Source: Subtercola sp. (lineage in GTDB: Bacteria; Actinomycetota; Actinomycetes; Actinomycetales; Microbacteriaceae). From it: a stretch of DNA of 64,000 nt. Shown here one piece after another: positions 48,279 to 57,769 of this stretch. Below the pieces are notes generated by a model that was not told where the DNA came from, ran no database searches, and worked only from the letters and a program-made list of their open reading frames with translations. The stretch lies in NCBI GenBank assembly GCA_025463765.1, contig JAODBC010000003.1, positions 2,383-66,382 on the forward strand, written 5' to 3'. The position numbers and the translations under genes were made by a program. The stretch's first letter is position 1. Every line of letters begins with the position of its first letter.

Positions 48279-49169
48279 ATGAGGGGCGTTCGCTGGGCAG
48301 AGCGCAGCCGCTTGGTACACGCATGGCGGTTGCTTCAGACGCGAAACCCGCGCACCTTTCGGCAGAAGGTACGCTACAAAATGCTTCGCGATCACCGCGA
48401 CCTGCTGGTCACCTTCGCAGATAAGGCCGCTGTCAGAGACTACGTCGCAGGCTTAGTCGGCTCGTCATATCTGCCGCGAAGTTTCGGGGTGATCGATGCC
48501 GCCGAGCAGCTTGCTGAGCTGGTTCTGCCGAACGAGTTCGTGATCAAACCGACCCATGGCAGCGGGGCCGTCGTCGTGGTCTCCTCAGACGCGCCCGAAT
48601 CGGCCCGGCTGGTTACGCCCGACTGGGGCTGGGCATATCAGCACGTCCGGCCGGAACACGCGACCCGCGAGCAGCTCATCGAAACAGGCAGTGCGTGGCT
48701 GCAGAAGCTCTACGGGCAGGGCCCGAACCGTGAATGGGCGTACGGACGGGTGAAGCCGCGGATCATCGTCGAGGAGCTGCTGGTCGGTGAAGGCGGCACC
48801 ATTCCCGACGACTACAAGTTCTTCGTCTTCCACGGGCGCTGCCAGTACATTCAAGTGGATGCCGGCCGGTTCGCCGACCGTACCCAAGACTTCTACCGCG
48901 CAAACTGGCAGCACCTCGACATGAGCGGTGGTCTGCCCTGGGCACGCACGCCCCGCAGCCGCCCGCGACGGCTCGATGAGATGATCGGGGTGGTCGAAAC
49001 TCTCGGTCAGGGCACCGACTTCGTGCGCGTCGATCTCTACCACCTTCCCCAACGGGTGGTTTTCGGGGAGCTGACCAGTTATCCGGCAGGCGGTGACAGC
49101 CCGTTCGATCCAGAAACGCTCAACGCCGAGTTCGGCAGCCACTGGACGGTGCCGCGCAGGTACGCCTGA
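48279..49169 (+). CDS. TupA-like ATP-grasp amidoligase
   Basis: PRTFRQKVRYKM, ADKAAVRDYV, FVIKPTHGSG, RIIVEELL, DYKFFVFHG, FVRVDLY, VFGELT; start uncertain. Confidence 0.88.
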   Translation: MRGVRWAERSRLVHAWRLLQTRNPRTFRQKVRYKMLRDHRDLLVTFADKAAVRDYVAGLVGSSYLPRSFGVIDAAEQLAELVLPNEFVIKPTHGSGAVVVVSSDAPESARLVTPDWGWAYQHVRPEHATREQLIETGSAWLQKLYGQGPNREWAYGRVKPRIIVEELLVGEGGTIPDDYKFFVFHGRCQYIQVDAGRFADRTQDFYRANWQHLDMSGGLPWARTPRSRPRRLDEMIGVVETLGQGTDFVRVDLYHLPQRVVFGELTSYPAGGDSPFDPETLNAEFGSHWTVPRRYA

Positions 49170-49218
49170 CCCGTTCGCGCCAGAAAGTTCGTAACGGGCA
49201 CAGCGATAAACGTTGACC

Positions 49219-49461
49219 TCAGTCAGCGCCCTCCCCCGATGTATCGGCGGCTGTGATCCCGTTTTGCTTCGGCACCCGGATGTCTTCACTGACTGATGGT
49301 TGGTTCTCGACGTCGAGGGTGTCGGTCTCCTCGTGCCCGTACGCCGTTCGGCTTGGCGGGTTGGCTGCCTGGTCCACGGTGAGCAGGCCGTCGGGGTCTT
49401 TCGGGTCTTGCGCGCCGGTCAGGCGCTCACCAATCGTTGACTTGTCACGATCGCTTGGCAC
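49219..49461 (-). CDS. Small acidic hydrophilic hypothetical protein
   Basis: 80-aa ORF with GGAG upstream of GTG. Confidence 0.55.
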   Translation of the reverse strand: MPSDRDKSTIGERLTGAQDPKDPDGLLTVDQAANPPSRTAYGHEETDTLDVENQPSVSEDIRVPKQNGITAADTSGEGAD

Positions 49462-49786
49462 GTGATTTCTCCCGGCTACTTGTCGTCTCGGGTGCCGAGT
49501 TCGGGCGAAAAGAGAACCGCTTGCACGGCCACATTCCGCGAGCTGAACCGATCCTCCGTCTCAGGGAAATTTCTCACCAGGGGTAGCAAAAGCGGCCCGA
49601 TCGAGTTATGCCTCGGGCAACGCTCGCTGAAGCGTCGGGGCGAGGTAGAACACCTGAGCGCCGATCGTCACCATCGACACTCGGCTCCGGCATCTCCGTA
49701 CTCCGTAGTTCCAGCGTTGTCGAGCCCGGGCGGGCCCACGGCACACGACGTAAAGTGAGGCCACCGTCATTACTGAAAGGACGATC

Positions 49787-50044
49787 ATGAACCTCGGACC
49801 ACTCAGCAGCTACCGCCTCCCCGCTGCGATCAGAACCGCCTACGGCGTTGATACCGCCCAGCAGCTCGCCGACCAGCTGGGAGTGACGAAACAACCTGGC
49901 CCAGAACTCGGAGGCGAAGCTGACGCCGCGTATCAGTCTCTCAAACAGGGCGATTCTGGCCCCGCACGCGCCCTGCTTGTCAACAAACTCGGGGTCAGTG
50001 AATCCGCTGCGGATGCAGCCCTTGCCAAGCTCCCCCAGCTCTGA
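49787..50044 (+). CDS. Hypothetical protein (85 aa)
   Basis: GAAAGGA RBS, helical composition. Confidence 0.65.
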   Translation: MNLGPLSSYRLPAAIRTAYGVDTAQQLADQLGVTKQPGPELGGEADAAYQSLKQGDSGPARALLVNKLGVSESAADAALAKLPQL

Positions 50045-50148
50045 CGACGCCCGCAGACTCCCTGTTGGCGAGCAGGAATTTCCTAACAGTTTTCCCGTCG
50101 CATTGGAAGCTCCTGAGGCCCGATGAAGATTGGGGTAAAACGGTAGCC

Positions 50149-50502
50149 ATGGAGAGAATTCATTACGCTAGCGGATCCATTCTCACCGGGACAGCGATCG
50201 CACGCGCACTCCTTGAGTACGCCGAAGCGCTAGCCGAGAAGAACGAATCCGCAACCGTCGACATACCAACCCGGCGCGAAGACGGATCAACTGGGCGAGC
50301 CAACTTTCTCATCGGCCCCTCCAGCCAGATCGTGTCCGACACCGAACAATCCGAGTTCCAAGAACTGGTCGACGACGACCTCGTCGCCAGCTTCGTGGAA
50401 TCTACCCGCAAGCTCAGACATGTGAACATCGTGCTGCCGGACGCCGGTTATACAGCCGAGAGTGCAGACGACCTCGACGTGGAATACCCGGGATCAGAGT
50501 AG
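50149..50502 (+). CDS. Hypothetical protein of a type common in Microbacteriaceae
   Basis: MERIHYASGSILTGTAIARALLEYAEALA...ATVDIP...LIGPSSQI. Confidence 0.7.
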   Translation: MERIHYASGSILTGTAIARALLEYAEALAEKNESATVDIPTRREDGSTGRANFLIGPSSQIVSDTEQSEFQELVDDDLVASFVESTRKLRHVNIVLPDAGYTAESADDLDVEYPGSE

Positions 50503-50504
50503 GG

Positions 50505-51416
50505 TCAGGCGCCGATACTCACGAGAACGCGCGGTAACTCACCCAGCAGTTCGCCCGCGAGATACCCGAGCGGCCCGACGGTGACAGCGAGCCTGTCCCC
50601 GGCGGAAGCGTGAAGATGCGTCGCCCACACCGCTGCTTGCTCCGGCTTCGCCCCTCTGCCGATCAGACCCACGATCGCCCCGGCGAGCACGTCCCCGCTA
50701 CCAGACGTGCCTAGGCCGCCGGTACCAGTCCCCATCGACCATACGGTGCCCTGAGCGTCAGCGATCGTTCCGAAGCACGACACGACAGCCCCGTAGGTGC
50801 GGGCGATCCGAGCAATCTCCGTCACATTGACGCCTTCGTCAACGCCGTCGGTGGAGCCCAGTAAACGGCTCGCTTCGCCCTTATTCGGCGTCAGAATAAG
50901 TCGTCCGCGCAGCGCGTCGACGACATCAGGCAGGCGGGGCAGAACACCAAGGGCATACGCATCGAGAACCACAGCGGTATCGGCTCCGAGCAGTGGAACG
51001 AGCGCAGAGAGTAAATTCTCGGTTTCAGCGGCATCGTCTAGTCCGGGGCCGACAAGCACTGCATCGGCCGCGGTCAGATCTGACGCAGCGCGCTCGACGC
51101 TTGAACCGCGAACGTGCCCGTCGGATGTCTCGCCGAGGGGTATCACTCCCGCTTCCATGATCGCTGCACCCACAGCTGGGGCGACGCTCTCAGCGACGGC
51201 TAATGTCAACCGGCCGGCTCCGACCCTGAGCGCGGCAAGACCGGCGAGCATCGCAGCGCCCGGAGAGCGGGCTGCGCCGCCTATCACGACGATCTGACCC
51301 CGACCGTACTTGGAATCGCCGGCCGAAGGTAAGGGCCAAGCTCTCAGCAGGTCGGGCGTAACAGTGACCACAGTATCGGCAAGGCTTGAGCGGGGCTGTT
51401 CAATGGATGGCGGCAT
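50505..51416 (-). CDS. ADP/ATP-dependent NAD(P)H-hydrate dehydratase (YjeF C-terminal domain only)
   Basis: KYGRGQIVVIGG, PGAAMLAG.AALRVGAG, GPGL, VLDA, LTPN, GSGDVLAG. Confidence 0.85.
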   Translation of the reverse strand: MPPSIEQPRSSLADTVVTVTPDLLRAWPLPSAGDSKYGRGQIVVIGGAARSPGAAMLAGLAALRVGAGRLTLAVAESVAPAVGAAIMEAGVIPLGETSDGHVRGSSVERAASDLTAADAVLVGPGLDDAAETENLLSALVPLLGADTAVVLDAYALGVLPRLPDVVDALRGRLILTPNKGEASRLLGSTDGVDEGVNVTEIARIARTYGAVVSCFGTIADAQGTVWSMGTGTGGLGTSGSGDVLAGAIVGLIGRGAKPEQAAVWATHLHASAGDRLAVTVGPLGYLAGELLGELPRVLVSIGA

Positions 51417-52164
51417 CTTTGTCTCCGGAATGTTGAGTTGAGGGAACTCCCTGCGCGTCGAGGTGCCCAACGTGCGAGAAGACATCCAGTCTCCACTGGC
51501 CCGCGCCAGGGGGTCTGACCAGCCTGGTGACCGAGGCGTTGCTGACTGTGTGCGTGCAGCTGAAATCCAACAGGTCCGCTTCGGTCATTCCCGTGCAAAC
51601 GTAGATAAATACCATGACCACCGCATCATGAGTGGCAATCAGTACCGAACCGCCACCGTGTGCTGCGACCGGGTGGGCGTTCGCCTCTTGCTCGATGTCG
51701 TGCAGTAGCGAGCGAACCCGCAGGGCTACGTCTGCCCACGATTCACCGCCCGGCGGGCGGTAGTAGAACTTACCAAGCCATCGCCGCCGGTCCGCCTCGG
51801 CGGGAAAGAGGTTATCGACGCCGACCGACGTCACCATGTCTAAGATTCCGAGTTCGCGGTCGCGGAGGCGCTCGTCGATGCGTGGCTCATGGTGGAGTGA
51901 GGCTCTTTCCAAGCCGATCATTATTGTCTGTTGTGCGCGCAGGTACGACGATGCCCACACAGACATAGATTCTGTTTCGTGCCGGTTTCGATTGAGCCAA
52001 TCTCCCAGCGCTTCGGCCTGACGAACCCCGGTTTCCGAAAGCGGTACGTCAGCGTCGCGATGGGTGAGGTCGATACGATCACGGCCGGCCCGCTCAGCCT
52101 CCGCGGCAGCGACATTCGCGACGCTTTCCCCGTGCCGGACTAGCCATATTTCTGTCACGCCCAT
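51400..52164 (-). CDS. Histidine phosphatase family protein
   Basis: LVRHGES, SSYLRAQQT, RDRELG, PPGGES, ATH. Confidence 0.92.
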   Translation of the reverse strand: MGVTEIWLVRHGESVANVAAAEAERAGRDRIDLTHRDADVPLSETGVRQAEALGDWLNRNRHETESMSVWASSYLRAQQTIMIGLERASLHHEPRIDERLRDRELGILDMVTSVGVDNLFPAEADRRRWLGKFYYRPPGGESWADVALRVRSLLHDIEQEANAHPVAAHGGGSVLIATHDAVVMVFIYVCTGMTEADLLDFSCTHTVSNASVTRLVRPPGAGQWRLDVFSHVGHLDAQGVPSTQHSGDKDAAIH

Positions 52165-52382
52165 GACCTCAGGTTATGAGACTGGGCCATGAACCGTCAG
52201 GGGTTGCGTGAAGCGGCGCGTTCGTTAAGGGGGCGAAATGCGGGGCGAAATGCGCCGATGTATTCGTGAACGCCGGTATCGACAAAGGCCAAACGGAGCA
52301 GAAATTGAACCTTACTCCGAGCGATCTGGCCCGCTGTAACGCTAACCGCCCTCGGATAACACTGTCCGGGTGTGGAGGCGTT

Positions 52383-53180
52383 TTATTGTGGCGTGTAGAG
52401 CATGATCCAGTGGTCGTTCTCGGGGTCGTGAAGCATTTCGCTATCGAAACTCAACCAGCCGCGTGTCGGGTGATGAAGACTCTTCATCGCAGACCGCCAC
52501 GTACCCAATTCCGCGTTCTCCCAGCAGCCACGGAAAACTACACTCGTCGCAGACAGCTCATGAAAGATGCTCTGTAAATAGTCGTCTTTCGGGTATCGGC
52601 TCAGGGCGGTTCGAAATTCAGACGTCGCCACCCGCGCGAGTTGCTTCGCGCCGTCGCGACCGACAATCTCTTCGAGCACTGGTGAGGTAAAGCATTGGTA
52701 GACGATGTTCCGCCCGTACGGATCGTCGCTGATCAACGCACTCAGCAGCTCTAAGGCTGCAACATTCGCTGCGAGCAGATCCAAACGTCCGTCATGCACA
52801 GTGACAGGCATGACGTTATCGAGGCCACGCAGCAACTGCTGGATGCCGGGCCGGATCGATGTGGACGGCGCTTGAGGTTCCGGCGGCAATTCTCCCGCGA
52901 GTCGAAAGAGGTGGTCTCGTTCAGCGGGTAAAAGGTCGAAGGCTCGGCTGAGCGCGTGCAGCACCTCTCGTGAGGGGCGTGGTGCCCGGCCTTGTTCCAT
53001 CCGGGTGTAGTACTCAATGGAAATGCCGGCGATCTCTGACAGTTCCTGACGCCGCAGACCGGGGACTCGCCGAACAGAGGCCCGCTCGTTGCCTGACCGG
53101 GCTGGCGGCTCCATCAGTGCTCGTCGATGACGCAGAAACTCGCCGAGCTGAGGCTGGCCTCTTTCTTCCATAACAGCCAT
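52383..53180 (-). CDS. XRE-HTH / MmyB-like regulator
   Basis: LGEFLRHRR, RRVPGLRRQEL..AGISIEYYTRMEQGR. Confidence 0.9.
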   Translation of the reverse strand: MAVMEERGQPQLGEFLRHRRALMEPPARSGNERASVRRVPGLRRQELSEIAGISIEYYTRMEQGRAPRPSREVLHALSRAFDLLPAERDHLFRLAGELPPEPQAPSTSIRPGIQQLLRGLDNVMPVTVHDGRLDLLAANVAALELLSALISDDPYGRNIVYQCFTSPVLEEIVGRDGAKQLARVATSEFRTALSRYPKDDYLQSIFHELSATSVVFRGCWENAELGTWRSAMKSLHHPTRGWLSFDSEMLHDPENDHWIMLYTPQ

Positions 53181-53445
53181 TCTGCCCGCCTCGACCGGGA
53201 AGGCCCCACCTCCATAGCCCTAGCAATACCAGTCTCGACCGGGTGTCCCTCCAATTGATGCAGCCCTTCAGACTGGTGTCTTCAACTACTTCGAACCAGA
53301 TCATGCCAGGCCAACAAACAACTCCCCGGCCAATTACTAAATCAAAGGGACTCCTCGGCTCGGGCCCTTCGGGATCCCGACAACCTTTGGCAAGGTCCCT
53401 GCTGACCTGGGATCAGCAGGCCTCACAACGAAGAGGAGACGAACA

Positions 53446-53997
53446 GTGAATCAGAACATGCCCGCACGTGAAGCAGACCTCGCCGTCGCGCGAGAGTTCA
53501 TCCGAGCGGTCGAGGCGAAAGACCTCGACGGCGTCGCCAGGACACTCGCGAAAGACGCCGACCAGCTCTTCATGCACTCAAATGACCCCAGCACCGAAGA
53601 AGGGATCGCCAAGATCGTCGCCGGCGCCGCCAGAAAAGGAGTCTGCGTCGCCGACGTTCGCGGGAAGGATCAGATCCTCGCCTACACTGCTGGCCTGGTA
53701 GACAAGTTCACCCCGCTGGTCTGGCTGAACCATCAGTGGGCTGTGTCGCCGAGCGGGCAGGTCTTCTTTAGCGGATCAGGCGACATGGTCGTCGAGCGAA
53801 CCGGAAAGCCGTATCGCAACAACTACGTGACGCGCTTCGACATCGTTGACGGAAACATCGTGCGGATGGTCGAGAACGCTAATGCCTTCTTATATGTCGG
53901 CCTGCGCATAGCGCCAAACGCCGCCGAGTTCCGTTCATTTGCCCGAGCGCTGCCACGTCTCATCCCTGGCACAAAGGCCCGGCGTGCCGTCATCTAG
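53446..53997 (+). CDS. NTF2/SnoaL-like protein
   Basis: AREFIRAVEAKDLD, TGKPYRNNYVTRFDIVDGNI; AGGAG RBS. Confidence 0.78.
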   Translation: MNQNMPAREADLAVAREFIRAVEAKDLDGVARTLAKDADQLFMHSNDPSTEEGIAKIVAGAARKGVCVADVRGKDQILAYTAGLVDKFTPLVWLNHQWAVSPSGQVFFSGSGDMVVERTGKPYRNNYVTRFDIVDGNIVRMVENANAFLYVGLRIAPNAAEFRSFARALPRLIPGTKARRAVI

Positions 53998-54123
53998 ACC
54001 GCACCATCCACGCGTTGAAGCCCAGCCGACAGCGGTTACCGGATGGTGAGGAACGATGGTGTGGCTGAGAGCGATCAGGTAACTTCCGACCTGATGGATC
54101 CTGGGTCGGATGCGGGGAAGTCA

Positions 54124-54150
54124 TGCGGGCGGTGACGCACACCGCCCGCA
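54124..54150. terminator. GC-rich hairpin between convergent genes
   Basis: tgcgggcggtg-acgca-caccgcccgca (perfect 11-bp stem). Confidence 0.7.
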
Positions 54151-54156
54151 AATGAC

Positions 54157-54306
54157 TCAAATGACTGTGGAGCCACCGTCGGCGATGAGTTCCATTCCGT
54201 TGACGTAGCTGGAATCGTTTGAGGCGAGAAACAGCGCCACCGAAGCGATCTCGTGGGGTTGGCCGGCCCCGGTGATCACTGCGACCTGGCCGTCAAGCTT
54301 TCCCAT
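54157..54306 (-). pseudogene. SDR oxidoreductase with a large in-frame internal deletion
   Basis: [15 protein letters not shown] joined directly to [34 protein letters not shown]. Confidence 0.88.
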
Positions 54307-54308
54307 GG

Positions 54309-54920
54309 TTACTTGGCTCCCAACGCGACACCGAAGCCGCCGCCGTTACGGGCAAGCCCCATGAGGAGGATGGCTGCCCATTCGAGAGCGTGCGTCGTTT
54401 CGAGCCCGCCGGCGTCGAGGGGTCGCATCCCCAGGCTCTCCAGGAACTTCGCGACCTGCGCTCGCGCTACTTCATCGCCTCCGGCGAAGAACACGTCCAG
54501 CGGCTGGTCGGCGGCGAGCACGTCGCGGAAGACCGTATTGAATGCTTTCAGAACCTGGGTGCCTTCAGGGGCGACCGCAGCGATCTGATCGGTGACCGAG
54601 TTGCCCGGGGTGGTGACGACTCCGCTTGCATCCTCGTTGAACGGATTGGTGGTCTCGATCAGGATCTTGCCTGCGAGGGCATCGCCATAGTGCTTGACGA
54701 TGTCAACAGCGCTGGCGTACAACGCGGCGAGAAAGACGATGTCCCCGGCCGGTTTTGCCCCGTACTCGCCGACCGTGGCACCTGCGCCGATCTCAGCGGC
54801 AGCGGCCTGAGCCTTCACGGAATTCCGGCCCATGATCTCTACCGTGTGGCCGTGAGCTACAGCCCTGGCCCCGATGGCGGTAGCCATGTTGCCTGTGCCG
54901 ATGATGCTGATTGTTGTCAT
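54309..54920 (-). CDS. NADP oxidoreductase (F420-dependent NADP reductase family)
   Basis: [31 protein letters not shown]; GAAGGA RBS. Confidence 0.88.
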   Translation of the reverse strand: MTTISIIGTGNMATAIGARAVAHGHTVEIMGRNSVKAQAAAAEIGAGATVGEYGAKPAGDIVFLAALYASAVDIVKHYGDALAGKILIETTNPFNEDASGVVTTPGNSVTDQIAAVAPEGTQVLKAFNTVFRDVLAADQPLDVFFAGGDEVARAQVAKFLESLGMRPLDAGGLETTHALEWAAILLMGLARNGGGFGVALGAK

Positions 54921-54966
54921 GACGTGTTCCTTCGTTATCTGAATGAGTCGGACGAGGGCGTCAATG

Positions 54967-55090
54967 TGAGGCACCCCTCCGGTGATGGGCTCAACCTGAG
55001 GGGTACCTCCTGTTATTCCCGATGGTGGAAAGAAATTCGAATCAAACTTCCTCCAGCGGGCCGTCATGACAGAACCGGAGGCCGCCCTCA
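54967..55090. promoter_or_regulatory. Three related operator-like sites in the divergent promoter (putative TetR sites)
   Basis: tgaggcacccctccggt 54967; tgaggggtacctcctgt 54997; reverse complement tgagggcggcctccggt 55074-55090. Confidence 0.65.
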
Positions 55091-55111
55091 TCTTTGAAGT
55101 ACACTTGTCGG

Positions 55112-55771
55112 ATGACCACTGACCTCGAGCAGATTCGGATGCCGAAACGCCGAGACGCTCTCGAGAGCCACGCCCGGCTCATCACTGCAGCGCAGCGGGA
55201 GTTCGCCGCCCACGGCGTGAACGCTTCGCTCGAGGCGATCGCGCGTGATGCCGGCGTGGCCATCGGAACCCTGTATCGTCACTTCCCCACCCGGATGGAC
55301 CTGCTGATAGCGGCTTTCGAGCCGCGTCTGCAGGAATTCCTTGACGGAGCCCGTTCGGCCCTGGAGATCGATGACCCTTGGGCCCGGTTCGTCGCGTACC
55401 TCGAGAATCTATTCCGAGTGCAGGCAGGAGATCGGGGCTTCAATGACTTTCTCTCGCGTCGATTCCCGAGCAACACCCAAACCGAGCGTATCCACGACCA
55501 GATGTGCGAGCAGATCGAAAGCGTGCTCGCCGGAGCGCAACAATCGGGGCAGGCGCGCCCAGACATCGCGCTGGCCGATATCGTCAACCTCATCTGGTCC
55601 AACGGCCGGATGATCGACGCTACTGGAACCACCGCACCCAACGAGTGGCGGCGCCACCTCTACCTGATGCTTGACGCCTACCGCGCAGAGCGGGCGCATC
55701 CGATTCCGGAGCCGCCCATGACCCAGAAGCAGCTCTACGACGCTATGGTGCATCTCGGCAAAGCGAACTAA
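55112..55771 (+). CDS. TetR family regulator
   Basis: ASLEAIARDAGVAIGTLYRHFPTR; TACACT -10 lies 6 nt before ATG. Confidence 0.92.
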   Translation: MTTDLEQIRMPKRRDALESHARLITAAQREFAAHGVNASLEAIARDAGVAIGTLYRHFPTRMDLLIAAFEPRLQEFLDGARSALEIDDPWARFVAYLENLFRVQAGDRGFNDFLSRRFPSNTQTERIHDQMCEQIESVLAGAQQSGQARPDIALADIVNLIWSNGRMIDATGTTAPNEWRRHLYLMLDAYRAERAHPIPEPPMTQKQLYDAMVHLGKAN

Positions 55772-55863
55772 CGAACAGCCCGCCGGTCTCAACGGACGAC
55801 AGCGGCGATTGCCTACGGCGAACGTGGTGACTGTCGCCGTGTTGCGCTGAACGCGAGCGAGTC

Positions 55864-55935
55864 TGTCAGCGGCCATGTGAGACCGCCCGTAGGCGGCCAG
55901 TACTTCTGCCCGCTGGCGGCCAGGGGAATTGCCCA
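55864..55935 (+). mobile_element. Solo IS21-family-like terminal repeat
   Basis: Starts TGTCAGCGGCCA; three GCGGCCA-N7/8-YGCCC units at 23-24 bp spacing; no transposase nearby. Confidence 0.6.
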
Positions 55936-56257
55936 GGCGTGAGCATCTATGCACAAGAGCGCGCGCCACCCTGGCCGCATATGTCGAGTTCTCCGTAAAC
56001 GATGCAGAGCTGACCGAAAGTATCCGTATTCTTCGCAATCGATTCGCGGCGCATTCTGAAGCGACTCTGACCCGCTGATTGACAGTCCGCTCGCACGTTC
56101 GCCGGCCTTCGAGAGCAAAAACGACACCCAACGCATGTCGCGTCGGGCGTCGTATCGGTGGACCTAAGGCGATTCGAACTCAAGCCCGAAATGCGGGCCC
56201 TGCTCGCTGGGTTCGACGCGCGTGAGCGGTAGGTCGCCCGGCAAATTGCATCCACTA

Positions 56258-56533
56258 TCAGTGCGTTTTGTAGGCATCTCTACGGTGCACGATGGTGATG
56301 ATCTCGATGATCAGCTGCCGGTCGACGATTCGATAGATGACTCTGTATTCACCACGCCGGGCCGAGTAGAGAGGATAAAGCGGTTCATCGAGTTGCTTAC
56401 CCAATCGCTTCGGATTTTCGCTCAAGACTCCGAGAATGAATTCGAACGCTGCTGTGGCAATTTTCTCGGGAAGGCCCTCGGCGAGCGCTCTGCGCGCGGA
56501 CTTGGTGAATCTGACCTCGTACTTTTCACTCAC
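56258..56533 (-). CDS. RelE/ParE family toxin
   Basis: YEVRFTKSARRAL, NPKRLGKQL, SARRGEYRVIY, HRRDAY. Confidence 0.92.
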   Translation of the reverse strand: MSEKYEVRFTKSARRALAEGLPEKIATAAFEFILGVLSENPKRLGKQLDEPLYPLYSARRGEYRVIYRIVDRQLIIEIITIVHRRDAYKTH

Positions 56534-56814
56534 TCGGCGAGACGGCCTGCCTTACGCATGGCCGCTCGCACATTCTCGACGTCGTAAAATTCACCCGACT
56601 CGACTTCTCGGATGCCCACTCGAATCGCCTCGATCGATTCTGAGTCACTCAGCAGTTCAACCGTCTCAATCAACGAGTCGTAGTCGTCAGCGCCGAGAAG
56701 CACGGCGGCGCGCCCACCGTTCTTAGTGACTTCGAACCGCTCATGTGTCGTTGCAGCCGATTCGACGATGCGGGAGAAGTTTGCCCGGGCATCCGCAACA
56801 GAGAGAGTTGTCAT
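56530..56814 (-). CDS. Phd/YefM family antitoxin
   Basis: MTTLSVADARANFSRIV...EVTKNGGRAAVLL...ETVELLSD; GTGA overlap with the toxin; TACAAT -10. Confidence 0.92.
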   Translation of the reverse strand: MTTLSVADARANFSRIVESAATTHERFEVTKNGGRAAVLLGADDYDSLIETVELLSDSESIEAIRVGIREVESGEFYDVENVRAAMRKAGRLAE

Positions 56815-56961
56815 GTACAGAATTGTAGCGCATAAACAGAAGTCCGATAAATACTCACCCGCATAGGTGAGTGTCTTCCATTTTGCGGACCTCAACCGCC
56901 GGAACCTCTTCGCGGCGCGCGCCAAGCAAAGACCGGGCATGAAGTCTTCCTCTGCGACCAC

Positions 56962-57717
56962 CTACGCTTTCGCTCGCTCCGTTTGTTGACTCGCTTCGTT
57001 GAGGCGTGTCCTCGGCTCGCTCGCCAGACGAACAGCATCCTTGAACTGTGCGGGGAGCGGGATACTCAGCATTGATGGGTCGAAGAAACTAAAAAGACTT
57101 CCGCCGAGGATCATTAGCCGAAGCACCGCGTTGATCGTCAACAGTGCAAGAAGAACAAGAACCAGCCCTCGTGGCGCGTAGCCAAGCGCACCGCTGACCA
57201 ACAGTATGATGCCCACAATGAGCGCATGCACCGCGCCCTTGGTGTAAATCTGACCTGTTCGTTCTTCAACGAACAAAAAGCGAATGTCGCTGGGCACAGC
57301 CCTGTAAGCAGTGGAAGCTACAACCCCAACAGTTGTGTAGAACAGGCCGAGGAAGGTTGCAACGGCTGCCACAGACGTGGCCACAAACGGATTGAAGTCG
57401 CTTGAAGGCACCGTCGCCGTTACGTACTCGAATCCACCCACTCGTGACATTGCAAGCAACCAGCCGAACAGTTCCGCGATGAGGAACAGGCACACACCCA
57501 CCGCGGCAGGCTTCCATGACCGACGAGCAAGTTGCCAAACGAGGCTTGTAGATCCCGTAGCATCACTAAGGCGAGTGTTGCGAACGTACGCCCTCTGAGA
57601 CCGCTTCAGCCTTTGCCGTCGCTTTTTCCAGCGCGTCTTCCAGAATGTTGGCCGAGCAAGTTTGTCGATCTGTTGGACTGTCCTGGATGTCATAGTGCGT
57701 CCATTACCGACTCGCAA
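56962..57717 (-). CDS. Hypothetical membrane protein (about 4 TM), possibly truncated
   Basis: 251-aa ORF with hydrophobic segments; atypical low-GC codon usage. Confidence 0.55.
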   Translation of the reverse strand: MRVGNGRTMTSRTVQQIDKLARPTFWKTRWKKRRQRLKRSQRAYVRNTRLSDATGSTSLVWQLARRSWKPAAVGVCLFLIAELFGWLLAMSRVGGFEYVTATVPSSDFNPFVATSVAAVATFLGLFYTTVGVVASTAYRAVPSDIRFLFVEERTGQIYTKGAVHALIVGIILLVSGALGYAPRGLVLVLLALLTINAVLRLMILGGSLFSFFDPSMLSIPLPAQFKDAVRLASEPRTRLNEASQQTERAKA

Positions 57718-57769
57718 ACGGGCGCTTTCTGGAAGCGGGCGCTCGTAACAGGGCCACTCGTCTCAAGCT

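Noticed and set aside
51888-51897. CATGGTGGAG match to the tRNA-Ala 3' end as a possible att repeat
   Set aside because: Only 10 bp, inside an intact gene, and also present at about 19053; consistent with chance.
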